64,000 nucleotides of DNA from Candidatus Woesearchaeota archaeon (GTDB lineage: Archaea; Nanobdellota; Nanobdellia; Pacearchaeales; GW2011-AR1). The notes under the pieces were generated by a model. That model was not told where the DNA came from and did not search any database. It saw only the letters and a list, made by a program, of their open reading frames with translations. Position numbers and translations under genes: made by a program. Each line of letters begins with the position of its first letter. The first letter of the stretch is position 1. The stretch is from NCBI GenBank assembly GCA_964372205.1, contig CAYJQB010000001.1:141180-205179 (forward strand). Direction: 5' to 3'. This document shows positions 30,523 to 40,195 of the stretch, piece after piece.

Positions 30523-30595
30523 CATTATAAAAAAGAAGATTTATGATTCAATCTTTTGATTTTAGCACAGGAAATATTTTTGAATAAGGTTAACG

Positions 30596-31165
30596 TTGAT
30601 TTTCAAGGAAGTAAACAGATTTACAATGAATAATGATAGACATAAAGAATGGTTGAGTAACACAGGAGGAATATCCCAGATTGATATGATATTACTTAAC
30701 GATGCTTTGGGGCTTGGAGATTTAGATTCAGAATTGGTAAGAGAGTTTCCTGAACTAAAAATAAACTCAAATTTGGAGGAAGACCAGATAAGAGTTTTTA
30801 GACATATTACTATTTCTCGTCTTTGGGTTCTTGGAGCCTATGAATTGATAAGAACTATTAATGAGATAACTTCAAGAAAGAAAAATGAAATTAACCCTGA
30901 AGTTATAAGGAAGATTAAGGATAATTTAAGACTTTTTGGTAAGATTAGAGTTCCCCTAGTAAAGTTAGAGAAAGAAGGACAACATGGGCAACTTTTTTCT
31001 GGCGTTGCTAGCAAAAGAGAACTTGACGAGTTTAAAGGTTTAGGGTGGAGAATTGTCTCTAAAGGCAAGAAAAACTTAGAGGTCGAGACATTTTATCGTA
31101 AGGACTTGGGAGACTCTTTGCTAGATTTGTTCAAGACATTGAATAAAAATATTCGTACGAAATAG
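30596..31165 (+). CDS. hypothetical protein
   Basis: 189-aa ORF, no motif recognised. Confidence 0.35.
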   Translation: MIFKEVNRFTMNNDRHKEWLSNTGGISQIDMILLNDALGLGDLDSELVREFPELKINSNLEEDQIRVFRHITISRLWVLGAYELIRTINEITSRKKNEINPEVIRKIKDNLRLFGKIRVPLVKLEKEGQHGQLFSGVASKRELDEFKGLGWRIVSKGKKNLEVETFYRKDLGDSLLDLFKTLNKNIRTK

Positions 31166-31264
31166 GAGAATGCACGAAAGTAAGACTAATTCTCGTGCAA
31201 AGCCCACAGAACCAAAAAACTTATAAAGCTCTTAGATATCCTTTGATTAAGAACAAGAGGTTCT

Positions 31265-31927
31265 ATGGTTCTCATGGACTACAATATATCTAATTCAGTT
31301 TTGAAGACTGGTACTACAATAATAGGAATAAAGTGCAGAGACGGAGTTATAGTTGCTTCAGATAGACGAGTAACTGCTGGAGGAATGGTAGTTAATAAAG
31401 ACATAAAAAAAGTTCTTCCAGTTGGAGACAACGTTCTCATGGCTATTTCTGGAAATGCTTCAGATGCCAAATATCTAGCGAAAGTAGTTGCAGCAGAACT
31501 CAGACTATATCAATTAAAAACTAAGTCAAAGCCAACAGTCAGAGAAGCAGCAAATCTCATTGCTAATATGGCTTTCAGGAACATTAGAACACCTTCAATG
31601 ATTCCTAGCATAGTTGGTTCTATTGTTGGAGGGTACAACGAAGACGGAACGACAGAGCTTTTCACTATTGAACCTGCAGGAGGAATAGATTCTGTAGAAA
31701 CTTACGATGCAAACTTTTCATCAGGAATGCCCTTTGTGCTTGGATACTTAGAAAGACAATGGAAGAAAGATATATCTGTTGAAGAAGGAGTCCAATTAGC
31801 TCTGGAGTCTCTCAAATCTTCTACTCAAAGAGATACGGCGTCTGGTAACGGAATAGACATCTTTTCCATAACCTCTAAGGGAATTAAACACGCAGTTTCT
31901 CAAGAGATAACATCAACTTATAGTTAA
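31265..31927 (+). CDS. psmB: proteasome subunit beta (with propeptide)
   Basis: Propeptide followed by GTTIIGIKCRDGVIVASDRRVT, giving Thr1 after processing. Confidence 0.85.
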   Translation: MVLMDYNISNSVLKTGTTIIGIKCRDGVIVASDRRVTAGGMVVNKDIKKVLPVGDNVLMAISGNASDAKYLAKVVAAELRLYQLKTKSKPTVREAANLIANMAFRNIRTPSMIPSIVGSIVGGYNEDGTTELFTIEPAGGIDSVETYDANFSSGMPFVLGYLERQWKKDISVEEGVQLALESLKSSTQRDTASGNGIDIFSITSKGIKHAVSQEITSTYS

Positions 31928-31938
31928 TTTATTTTAAA

Positions 31939-33831
31939 ATGCCAGATATCTTAAAAAGTATTAAAGAAGAGTTACCGAGAGCTATAACTGACGCGATTTT
32001 TGAAGGAGCAAATATAGTTCTTTACACAGATGATAAAGAGTTTTTTAGGTCATCAGAATCAAAGATTAAAGAGATTGTTGACAAGATAAAGAAGCGTGTT
32101 GAATTAAGAGCCGATGAAAAGATTTTAATCTCTCCAGAAGAGACTGAAAAGACAATAAGAGCTTTAGTTCCTCAAGAAGCAGAAATAGAAAACATAATAT
32201 TTGATGTGCAGAGAAGTATTGTAATAATAGAGGCCAAGAAACCAGGACTTGTTATTGGAAAACAGGGCTCCATACTTAGTGACATAAAAAGCTCAACTCT
32301 CTGGACTCCAACAATCCAAAGAAGTCCTGCAATACCTTCCAAAATAACTGAGAAAATACGTTCTGTCCTTTATGCAAACAACTCCTACAGAAAAAAATTC
32401 CTGAATGATATTGGAAAGAAAATATATCAAGACTGGAATCCTGAAAAGATGGACATGTGGGTCAGGCTCACATATCTTGGAAGTGGTCGTCAAGTAGGCA
32501 GGTCTTGTTTGCTTCTCCAAACCCCAAACTCAAAAATTCTTTTAGACTGCGGGATAAATCCGGGAGTTTCAGATGGGCCAGAAAGATTCCCCTATCTTCA
32601 AGTTCCAGAAGTTGGAGATCTCAATTCTATAGATGCAGTAGTTCTTTCACACGCTCACACAGATCACTCTGCGATGATACCTTACCTTTACAAAATGGGT
32701 TACAGAGGCCCTGTTTACATGACTGCTCCAACGAGAGACGTAGCAGCACTTTCAGCTCTTGATTATATTGGAATTGCCTTCAAGCAAGCCGAATCACCCA
32801 TTTACAAGCCGGAAGACATAAAAGAAATGGTTAGACATTCTATCTGCTTGAATTATGGAGAAGTTTCAGATATAACTCCAGACATTAGAATAACATTCTA
32901 TAATGCAGGTCATGTTTTAGGTTCAGCCGTCGTGCACATCAATATTGGAAACGGCCTTCACAATCTTGTTTACACAGCAGACACAAATTATAGAAGAACA
33001 AGGCTCCTAGACCCTGCTGTAAATCAATTCCCAAGAGCAGAGACTGTAACAATAGAATCAACTTATGGTTCAAAGAACGATGTCCTTCCCCCAAGAAAGG
33101 AAACAGAGGAAAAATTCTTAGAGTTAGCAAGAGCAACAATCTCAAGAGGAGGAAAGATTCTTCTTCCTGAACTTGGATTCGGACACGCACAAGAAACAAT
33201 ATTGAGAGTTGAGGAAGCCGTGAGAAAAGGAGAGCTTCCAGAGATTCCAGTCTACTTAGACGGAATGCTTTGGGACATCACTGCAATTCATACAGCATAT
33301 CCTGATTTCTTAAGCTCACAAGTCAGGAATCAGATATTCCAGGATAATAATCCTTTCATGGCTCCATTCATGAAGAAAGTAGGCTCTCCTGCAGAAAGAA
33401 AGCAGATTATGGAGGGAGGACCATGCATAGTCATTGCAGGAAATGGAATGCTTAACGGAGGTCCCGCTGTTGAATACTTCAAATATTTTGCAGATAGTCC
33501 AAGTAATCTAATAGTGTTCAGTTCATACCAAGCTCCAACTTCATTAGGAAGAGCTGTTCAGGAAGGAAACAAAATAGTTCAGATAGATAAAAACTTTGGG
33601 GGAGAAACAGTAGCAGTCAAGATGCAGGTAGAGACTCTCAATGGTTTATCGGCTCACTCAGGAAGAAACGACCTTATGCAATATATCTCAAGAATGAATC
33701 CTCGTCCTAAGAAGATAATAATTAATCACGGAGAACAGTCGAAGTGTTTAGACCTTGCTTCAACTCTTTACAGGCAGAATCATGTAGAAACAATAGTCCC
33801 AAAAAATCTTGAAACTATCAGATTAAAGTGA
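31939..33831 (+). CDS. aCPSF1/FttA (KH-KH-MBL-beta-CASP RNase, transcription termination factor)
   Basis: Two N-terminal KH-like domains (VIGKQGSIL), MBL motif LSHAHTDHSAMIP, beta-CASP region. About 630 aa, adjacent to psmB as in most archaea. Confidence 0.85.
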   Translation: MPDILKSIKEELPRAITDAIFEGANIVLYTDDKEFFRSSESKIKEIVDKIKKRVELRADEKILISPEETEKTIRALVPQEAEIENIIFDVQRSIVIIEAKKPGLVIGKQGSILSDIKSSTLWTPTIQRSPAIPSKITEKIRSVLYANNSYRKKFLNDIGKKIYQDWNPEKMDMWVRLTYLGSGRQVGRSCLLLQTPNSKILLDCGINPGVSDGPERFPYLQVPEVGDLNSIDAVVLSHAHTDHSAMIPYLYKMGYRGPVYMTAPTRDVAALSALDYIGIAFKQAESPIYKPEDIKEMVRHSICLNYGEVSDITPDIRITFYNAGHVLGSAVVHINIGNGLHNLVYTADTNYRRTRLLDPAVNQFPRAETVTIESTYGSKNDVLPPRKETEEKFLELARATISRGGKILLPELGFGHAQETILRVEEAVRKGELPEIPVYLDGMLWDITAIHTAYPDFLSSQVRNQIFQDNNPFMAPFMKKVGSPAERKQIMEGGPCIVIAGNGMLNGGPAVEYFKYFADSPSNLIVFSSYQAPTSLGRAVQEGNKIVQIDKNFGGETVAVKMQVETLNGLSAHSGRNDLMQYISRMNPRPKKIIINHGEQSKCLDLASTLYRQNHVETIVPKNLETIRLK

Positions 33832-33885
33832 TTGCCAAGACTTAAAAACTCTCTTCGCTTATAAAAAAAGGTTCTTAAAAGTAGG

Positions 33886-34824
33886 ATGAAGCACACACTA
33901 AAGATAACGTTGATTTTGATTGCAATGTTTTTCATTGCCCAGACGATAGGAATATTTGTAGCAAACGCTTATACCCCTGAAACTATCTCAACTATAAATC
34001 AAACAACCGGGGAGCAGGTAAATATCACTGCATATGACATTCCCTACGGACTTGAACCTCCACAGGGTATAGAGCCAGTCAACGTCCTCTGGCAGATTTT
34101 GATTGCAATAGTCATTGTCGTAGTGCTTATGCTCATTCTCATGCGCATAAGAGCAGAGATATTCCTAAGAATCTGGTTCCTTGTTGTAGTCACATTAGGA
34201 CTTGCTCTTGCATTAAATGGGCTATTCATCAAAATTCCCAATTCAGCTCTTTTAGCAATAATAATAGCAATACCTCTAGCAATAATAAAAATATTCCAAA
34301 GAAACTTAGTAGTCCATAATCTTACAGAATTGCTTATCTATCCTGGAATAGCAATTGTTTTCATACCACTTCTAAACATCTGGACGGTCGTTCTCTTGCT
34401 TATATTGATATCAATCTATGACATTTATGCTGTCTGGCATGCAGGATTCATGCAGAAAATGGCAAAATATCAAATAGAAAAGCTTAGAATATTCTCAGGA
34501 TTCTTTGTCCCATATGCAGATAAAAAAACAAGAGCTAAAATAAAAATTATGAAGCAATCAAATTCCAAATCTAAGAAAGACCAAAAAATAGGAGTACATC
34601 TTGCAATCTTAGGAGGAGGAGACGTCGTATTCCCTATAATTCTCGCAGGCGTTGTTCTTTACACATTCGGAAGTCTACTTTCAGCATTCATAATTGCAAT
34701 AGGAGCAACAATAGCATTAGGACTTCTATTCTATTATTCAGAAAAAGGCAAGTTCTATCCTGCAATGCCTTTCATAACAACAGGATGTTTGATAGCTCTA
34801 GGGATAGTATATTTGATTAACTAG
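33886..34824 (+). CDS. presenilin/signal-peptide-peptidase-like GxGD intramembrane aspartyl protease
   Basis: About nine TM helices. YD in a helix (SIYDIYAV) and LGGGD about 56 residues later; a PAM (PAL-like) motif near the C-terminus. The N-terminal 170 aa with four TMs before the first Asp argues against a type IV prepilin peptidase. Confidence 0.45.
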   Translation: MKHTLKITLILIAMFFIAQTIGIFVANAYTPETISTINQTTGEQVNITAYDIPYGLEPPQGIEPVNVLWQILIAIVIVVVLMLILMRIRAEIFLRIWFLVVVTLGLALALNGLFIKIPNSALLAIIIAIPLAIIKIFQRNLVVHNLTELLIYPGIAIVFIPLLNIWTVVLLLILISIYDIYAVWHAGFMQKMAKYQIEKLRIFSGFFVPYADKKTRAKIKIMKQSNSKSKKDQKIGVHLAILGGGDVVFPIILAGVVLYTFGSLLSAFIIAIGATIALGLLFYYSEKGKFYPAMPFITTGCLIALGIVYLIN

Positions 34825-35269
34825 TTTCCTGTGTATCAGAATCAGATTTTTCGAGAGATTTTCCATTGTAGATTTTTCCTAAGTGAGCTACCTGGTCAAA
34901 ATTTGCAGCAGCATTTTCAAGGGTCTCTCGGGTTGAAGGTCTCCACCTTATTATCGGCTGTCTGAAAAAATCAGGCACATCTGTCCAAATAAATCTCGGA
35001 GGCACAGGACCTTCTTCATCTCTCCTTTTTTCTCTATAATCAGGATTAGTTGTAATAGTTGGCTGAAACAAATGGACTCCATCAGGAGTGGTTCCTCTAT
35101 AAACTGCAGCAGTGTGAGTTTCTCCAATAGTCAAGTCTAAAAAATATCCTATCCAGGGCTGCAATGCATCTGGAACTTTATCAGTAAACTCAATTCGATA
35201 TCTTACTTCCAAATCTGTTTTTTCTACTTTTCTCTCTCCAAATCCCATTCCTTGAAATTTCTTATTCAT
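34817..35269 (-). CDS. hypothetical protein (R/P/T-rich, atypical composition)
   Basis: 150-aa ORF convergent with the presenilin-like gene. Confidence 0.35.
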   Translation of the reverse strand: MNKKFQGMGFGERKVEKTDLEVRYRIEFTDKVPDALQPWIGYFLDLTIGETHTAAVYRGTTPDGVHLFQPTITTNPDYREKRRDEEGPVPPRFIWTDVPDFFRQPIIRWRPSTRETLENAAANFDQVAHLGKIYNGKSLEKSDSDTQETS

Positions 35270-35371
35270 TTACTTCCTACAAATTGATCTTTTTTAAATC
35301 TTTAGTTAAAACGTCACCCGGAAGTTACAACAAAGAGAAACATTTAAATACCTAATCTTTATCACTTTCAC

Positions 35372-36151
35372 ATGATAGTAAATCAGGAACTAGTAAGGAA
35401 GATAAGAGACCACTTTGATTTGAACATATACGAGACAAAAGTGTGGTTAGCTCTGCTTTCTAAGGGAATTGTGTCTGCAGGAGAAACTGCAGAGCTTTCT
35501 GGAGTTCCAAGGTCTAGAACTTATGATGTTCTTGAATCTCTAGCAAAAAGAGGATTTGCAATAATCAAGGTAGGAAAGCCTATCAAATACATTGCAGTAG
35601 ACCCTCAAACAGTTCTTGAGAAAATGAAATCTAATGTTTTCAATGAAGCACAAGAAAAAGTAAAGACTCTTGCAAAACTTAACCAGACTCAAGAATATAC
35701 AGAGCTTGAGCAGTTATACAAGACAGGAATATCCCCCATAAGATCAGAAGATATTTCAGGTTTCTTGAAAGGAAGATCAAACATTCTTTCAAAGCTTAGA
35801 GAACTTATGGAAAAAGCAGAGAAAGAAGTTTCTATTTTCACATCTGCAACAGACTTCGACGACAAATCCAGAGTATTACTTCCAGCTCTTGACACTCTTA
35901 GCAAGAAAGGAGTCAAGATTAGGATAGCTCTTTCAGGTGGAAATGAGTCTATAAAGAAACTGAATAATAAACACAATCTTAAGGCAAAACAAAGCGATCA
36001 TCAAGGAAGAGTATACATAGCAGATAAGAAAGAAGTCATCTTCATGATAAAACCCGAGAATTCAGACGAAGACATAGCAATCTGGTTAAACACACCTTTC
36101 TTTTCAACTTCTCTATCAGGAATCTACGAGAGAGCTCTAAAGGGGAACTAA
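35372..36151 (+). CDS. TrmB-family transcriptional regulator
   Basis: N-terminal winged HTH (YETKVWLALLSKGIVSAGETAELSGVPRSRTYDVLESLAKRGF) and a C-terminal TrmB-like domain. Confidence 0.7.
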   Translation: MIVNQELVRKIRDHFDLNIYETKVWLALLSKGIVSAGETAELSGVPRSRTYDVLESLAKRGFAIIKVGKPIKYIAVDPQTVLEKMKSNVFNEAQEKVKTLAKLNQTQEYTELEQLYKTGISPIRSEDISGFLKGRSNILSKLRELMEKAEKEVSIFTSATDFDDKSRVLLPALDTLSKKGVKIRIALSGGNESIKKLNNKHNLKAKQSDHQGRVYIADKKEVIFMIKPENSDEDIAIWLNTPFFSTSLSGIYERALKGN

Positions 36152-36514
36152 ATGAGCCCGAAAGAGCCTATAGAAAAAGAATTTAATTTTAGAGAAAGAA
36201 TCAGTGTTTATGCAGGGAGAATTTTAGGAATCATGGCTCCAATAATAGCCACAAGATATTTTTTTGATATGCCCCAGATGTCTGATAATCCAGTCTCTCA
36301 AGAAGCATTATCATGGGGAATTTCAGCTCTCGGAAACATTGTTTTGACAGGCATTACTCTTCCGTTTAAAGGTTTCCCTCTCGTCTATTTTGGTCATCTA
36401 GGAGCAACACTGGGATATCTCACAGCTGAAAACCTGAGGGATAGAAGGCTTGCAAGCAAATCAAAAGACATAACTGACGTGTTTGTAGCTACGCCCGATG
36501 ACATAATAGATTAA
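36152..36514 (+). CDS. hypothetical protein, likely co-transcribed with the TrmB gene
   Basis: Its start overlaps the TrmB stop. 120 aa with hydrophobic segments. Confidence 0.3.
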   Translation: MSPKEPIEKEFNFRERISVYAGRILGIMAPIIATRYFFDMPQMSDNPVSQEALSWGISALGNIVLTGITLPFKGFPLVYFGHLGATLGYLTAENLRDRRLASKSKDITDVFVATPDDIID

Positions 36515-36530
36515 TTAATTTTAATTAATA

Positions 36531-37850
36531 TTAATCAATTATCCTCATGTTCGTTATGCCCATTTCCTCAATTTTGCTTTTATTTTCCACGGACCACTTC
36601 TTGATATATTCCTTAGCTCTAAAATTAATCTTTATTCTAGCATGAAGGACTCCATTTTTCTCATAAGTTTCCCTGTGAGCTCTCTTGAAAGCCCCTATAT
36701 GCCCTTTCAATGATTTGTTCTGCTTCTTTCCTTCAAGTTTCAACGGAGGTCCAATTCTTACAATCTCTTTTTTAGACTTTAGTATCAAGTAAACATCAGC
36801 TTCCTGGCCTTTTTCAATATCATATTCAAATTCATGTCTCAATAAATAAAAAAACTTTCCTATTTCTTCTTCAAAGAAGTAATGGAACTTCTTCAGCTTA
36901 GTTCCTGCTATATCTCCAGATTGTCTATCAGTATGTATTTTCACATGAACAAACTCTGCATTTTTTTTCTTAGCAGACTCTTTCATCTTCTCCACATTAA
37001 GAGGCTTCACTTCGAAGAACTTTCTAGATGGATTTTTCAGGAAATCAGAAGCAGATTTTTGGAATATCTCAAAAGTTTCTCTGCTCAAGGAAGCAAGAGC
37101 ATTTCTCTCAGGATATGTCGGGTCTATTAAGATTACAGGGCTCTGTAGTTTGCTTTCATTCAACTCAAAAAGAGCATCATTTTTTCTTTTGTAATGCTTT
37201 TCTACGTCTATAACAATTCTATCTCCTGTTTTTATCTTTACAAGCTCTCTCAACATTTTCTCAAAGCTTTTGTAATGTATCACCAAACATTCAATAGCAT
37301 ATCCTGAAAACCCTTGCACATAGCTTTCAGCCCCATAAACTTTCTGTGCAGCCATAAATTTCTTGGCAATTCTAACTTCATTCTCAAGTTTCTTTATCCT
37401 CTTTTTTACATATGAGACATGGAAATAACTCAAGTCAGTAACATTTCTAGCCTCTCTTGGTTTCTTTATCTTAGTCACAGGAATAAGTTCTAAGTAGGCA
37501 TCATGATCTTTAGGATACACCCTGAAATAATCTCTGCTTCCATGTATCTTCTCAAACCTGGCTCCAATGTTTTTGCATACATTCACGACTGCTTTCTCAA
37601 GAAGCCCAGAGATATCGTCATATCTCCAATCAAATCTTACAAATGTATCTACATCGTATTTTTTCTTTTTCAAGAGAGTTCCTTTTGCAAAACTCCCTCC
37701 TACAAATACTTGCACATCCAGCCCCGCATTGTTTAATTCTTTTTCAAGAAGTTCATTGAAATTGTCAGACGTTTTTCTAACATGTTTCAATACGTTCTCA
37801 TCAGGCTGTATTTCTTTAAGTTCCTCTTTTAGAACACTCTTTATTGACAT
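36531..37850 (-). CDS. cca: CCA-adding enzyme (archaeal class I tRNA nucleotidyltransferase)
   Basis: VFVGGSFAKGTLLKKKKYDVDTFVRF (Pol-beta nucleotidyltransferase motif with two Asp) and YFRVYPKDHDAYLELIPVTKIKKP matching the archaeal Cca head domain. Confidence 0.75.
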   Translation of the reverse strand: MSIKSVLKEELKEIQPDENVLKHVRKTSDNFNELLEKELNNAGLDVQVFVGGSFAKGTLLKKKKYDVDTFVRFDWRYDDISGLLEKAVVNVCKNIGARFEKIHGSRDYFRVYPKDHDAYLELIPVTKIKKPREARNVTDLSYFHVSYVKKRIKKLENEVRIAKKFMAAQKVYGAESYVQGFSGYAIECLVIHYKSFEKMLRELVKIKTGDRIVIDVEKHYKRKNDALFELNESKLQSPVILIDPTYPERNALASLSRETFEIFQKSASDFLKNPSRKFFEVKPLNVEKMKESAKKKNAEFVHVKIHTDRQSGDIAGTKLKKFHYFFEEEIGKFFYLLRHEFEYDIEKGQEADVYLILKSKKEIVRIGPPLKLEGKKQNKSLKGHIGAFKRAHRETYEKNGVLHARIKINFRAKEYIKKWSVENKSKIEEMGITNMRIID

Positions 37851-37884
37851 ATACTCTAGAAGAATAGGATGTTTTTAAGGGTTG

Positions 37885-38634
37885 CTAACCAGTCACATTA
37901 AAATTATTCAAACATATAACTTTACAGAACACTACTTGATTATGGTCGTACCTAAATGCTTGCAGAATTGTAGCTCTATAAAATTCATCTTGAAATATCT
38001 GGCACCCTGCTTGTTGGTAAGTTGACCCTCCACCTATCTGCACATTTTGCAACGCACAAAAAGTCCCCAATCCTCCTACCTGTACAGCATCAACATCATT
38101 AACGCCATCGTTCCCATCAAGAGTGATTTGATATGTTTTCCCAGGAGAATACCAAGAATTTCTACATTCCCCATTAATACACGCTTTTCCAGCTTCAACA
38201 GTGCCTGCATTAACAACGCTAGAACCCAATGTGCTAGTAACGACTAACTTCTCGACTTCAACATCTCCATTAGCCTTCATCTGAATGCCTTTCTGGAGAA
38301 CCGTATTCCAAATTCTAAAGCTCCCGTCATTGTGCATCCCAACCCAGAACAATCTAGTGTCATCTTCACCTCTCCAGTCAATATAGCTGAAAAGACTAGT
38401 TGTATCTGTATCTTTTAAAATGAGCGCAGCGTCTCTGATAGTACTAATCTGAAGATTTCCTTTCATGAACCAATAAGAACTATCATCAGTGCCAAAAGTC
38501 CCCGGACCTATTTCAGCCGGGTCATGTCCCGGATTTGGAGCAGCAGCGATTACAAATGCAAGTCCTGCAATAAGTAGTATAGCCCCAAGAAACATAAATG
38601 TATTTTTCTTAGTTATGTTCACCTCTAATCTCAT
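37885..38634 (-). CDS. secreted protein with N-terminal anchor, hypothetical
   Basis: TM helix FMFLGAILLIAGLAFVIAAAP, then a G/T/S-rich domain. Confidence 0.4.
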   Translation of the reverse strand: MRLEVNITKKNTFMFLGAILLIAGLAFVIAAAPNPGHDPAEIGPGTFGTDDSSYWFMKGNLQISTIRDAALILKDTDTTSLFSYIDWRGEDDTRLFWVGMHNDGSFRIWNTVLQKGIQMKANGDVEVEKLVVTSTLGSSVVNAGTVEAGKACINGECRNSWYSPGKTYQITLDGNDGVNDVDAVQVGGLGTFCALQNVQIGGGSTYQQAGCQIFQDEFYRATILQAFRYDHNQVVFCKVICLNNFNVTG

Positions 38635-38656
38635 TCTCTAAAAAGAGAGATTTAAT

Positions 38657-39058
38657 TTATATATCTTTCTCTCCAGAATCGCTAAGGTCTATTATATATT
38701 TTCCATCCTCAAGTTTGTAGACAAGAGGTCTTTCTCCTCTGAAAAGCTTATGCAAATCAAGAAGATACTTTCCAGGTTTCAGGATTTTTATGCTTTCAAA
38801 ATCAAGAACAATTGGAGTCTCTTCCTCTTCATTCACACCAACAATATCTCTCACATCTTTCTCTATCTGTCTTAGTTCATTATTTGTAAGTTCAACTTCT
38901 TCATCTTTTGTCTGTTTTAACTTCTCAAGTTTTTCATTGCTTATATAGAAGAAGAATCTGCTTCCACACTTGCTACACCCTTTTAAGATTTCCTCTGAAC
39001 CATCGTCGTAAATCTCGGAGCAGTGAACACATTTATGTGGCATATAATTCCCACACAA
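38657..39058 (-). CDS. Zn-ribbon protein (C-x2-C ... C-x2-C)
   Basis: HKCVHCSEIYDDGSEEILKGCSKCGSRFFF at the N-terminus. It is the last gene of the GTPase triad. Confidence 0.4.
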   Translation of the reverse strand: MCGNYMPHKCVHCSEIYDDGSEEILKGCSKCGSRFFFYISNEKLEKLKQTKDEEVELTNNELRQIEKDVRDIVGVNEEEETPIVLDFESIKILKPGKYLLDLHKLFRGERPLVYKLEDGKYIIDLSDSGEKDI

Positions 39059-39080
39059 AGAAGATTAATAAATTTAGTTA

Positions 39081-39485
39081 TCATCCAAGCATTACTTCAA
39101 GCTTGCTAGGGTCTTTCTTAATCTCCCTTACTATAGAAGCAGGTCCTATGACTGTAAGGGAATTATGATATCCAACAAGTGATTTCGCTATGCCCTTTTT
39201 CAATTTATGTATTAAACCTTGATCTCTCATATCTGGCTCAATGACTGCAAGCTCTATACCCCTAAAGTTCTTTACATGATCTACCATAGCCATTGTGTCT
39301 TCAATAAGTCTTATCTCTTCTTCAACTCTTAATCTACCTTGAAGAATTATGACTCTATTGCTCAAGATAATCTTCAAGATTTTTTTCACTCTCTCATTTA
39401 TTGACAAATCTCTCACTTCAGAAAATGGAATTATCTGTAGACTAAGTCCTTTTATTTTCGATATCTTTCCGTTCTTTTTCACCAT
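39081..39485 (-). CDS. conserved hypothetical protein (middle gene of GTPase/Zn-ribbon triad)
   Basis: 134 aa. The gene order resembles a conserved archaeal GTPase-DUF-Zn-ribbon operon, but that is recalled from memory and unverified. Confidence 0.35.
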   Translation of the reverse strand: MVKKNGKISKIKGLSLQIIPFSEVRDLSINERVKKILKIILSNRVIILQGRLRVEEEIRLIEDTMAMVDHVKNFRGIELAVIEPDMRDQGLIHKLKKGIAKSLVGYHNSLTVIGPASIVREIKKDPSKLEVMLG

Positions 39486-39513
39486 CTTTTTTGTTCCTTA
39501 TTCATCCTATCTT

Positions 39514-40152
39514 TTAAACTTTTTTAGCTAAGTTGAAAAGAGACTCATAAAATTCTTCCATATTCTTTCCCTTTCTTGCAGAGATTCCCACAACTTCGTA
39601 CTCTGGAAATGCTGCCTCAACTTTCTTTACATCAGCCTTCCTCAAATCAATCTTATTGGCAACTATAAGCACAGGAATCTTTCTTGCGACAAGATTTCCA
39701 ACAATAGTGATATTCACCTGCGAGTAAGGATTCTGCGATGCATCAAGGACGATAACAACAGCATCCATGTCATCCAACCATTTTATGCTTTCAATAATTC
39801 CTTGTGTTGCTTCCTTAGCCCTTTTCTTAGCATCATTTTTCTTGAGACCATGTTTTAGGAAATCTTCGTAATCAATCTTAGTAGCTATTCCAGGAGTGTC
39901 TACAATCTTAAATGTCAATGTTTTTCCTTTGTGTTTTATCTCAACTTTTTCTTTGAATTGCACTTTTCTAGTTTCATGAGGTATCTCACTAACGGGCCCT
40001 ATCTCCTCCCCAGTCCAATCTTTACATATTACATTAGCAAGGCTAGTCTTTCCTGCATTTGGGGGCCCATAAAATCCAATCTTTAGATTATCCCTCTTTT
40101 TAAAAAGCGCCCCAAGCAACCTCTTTGAAATATCTCTGATTATTTTCAACAT
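39514..40152 (-). CDS. small P-loop GTPase
   Basis: G1 GPPNAGKTS, G3 DTPG, G4 NKID. 212 aa. Confidence 0.6.
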   Translation of the reverse strand: MLKIIRDISKRLLGALFKKRDNLKIGFYGPPNAGKTSLANVICKDWTGEEIGPVSEIPHETRKVQFKEKVEIKHKGKTLTFKIVDTPGIATKIDYEDFLKHGLKKNDAKKRAKEATQGIIESIKWLDDMDAVVIVLDASQNPYSQVNITIVGNLVARKIPVLIVANKIDLRKADVKKVEAAFPEYEVVGISARKGKNMEEFYESLFNLAKKV

Positions 40153-40195
40153 TATATGAATAAGAGAAACGGACTTTTAATAAATCTTGCGCCCT

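Noticed and set aside
36506-36540. AT-rich palindromic stretch (ttaattaattttaattaatattaatcaatta) between convergent genes
   Set aside because: It is most simply a bidirectional oligo-T/A terminator region, not a repeat element.
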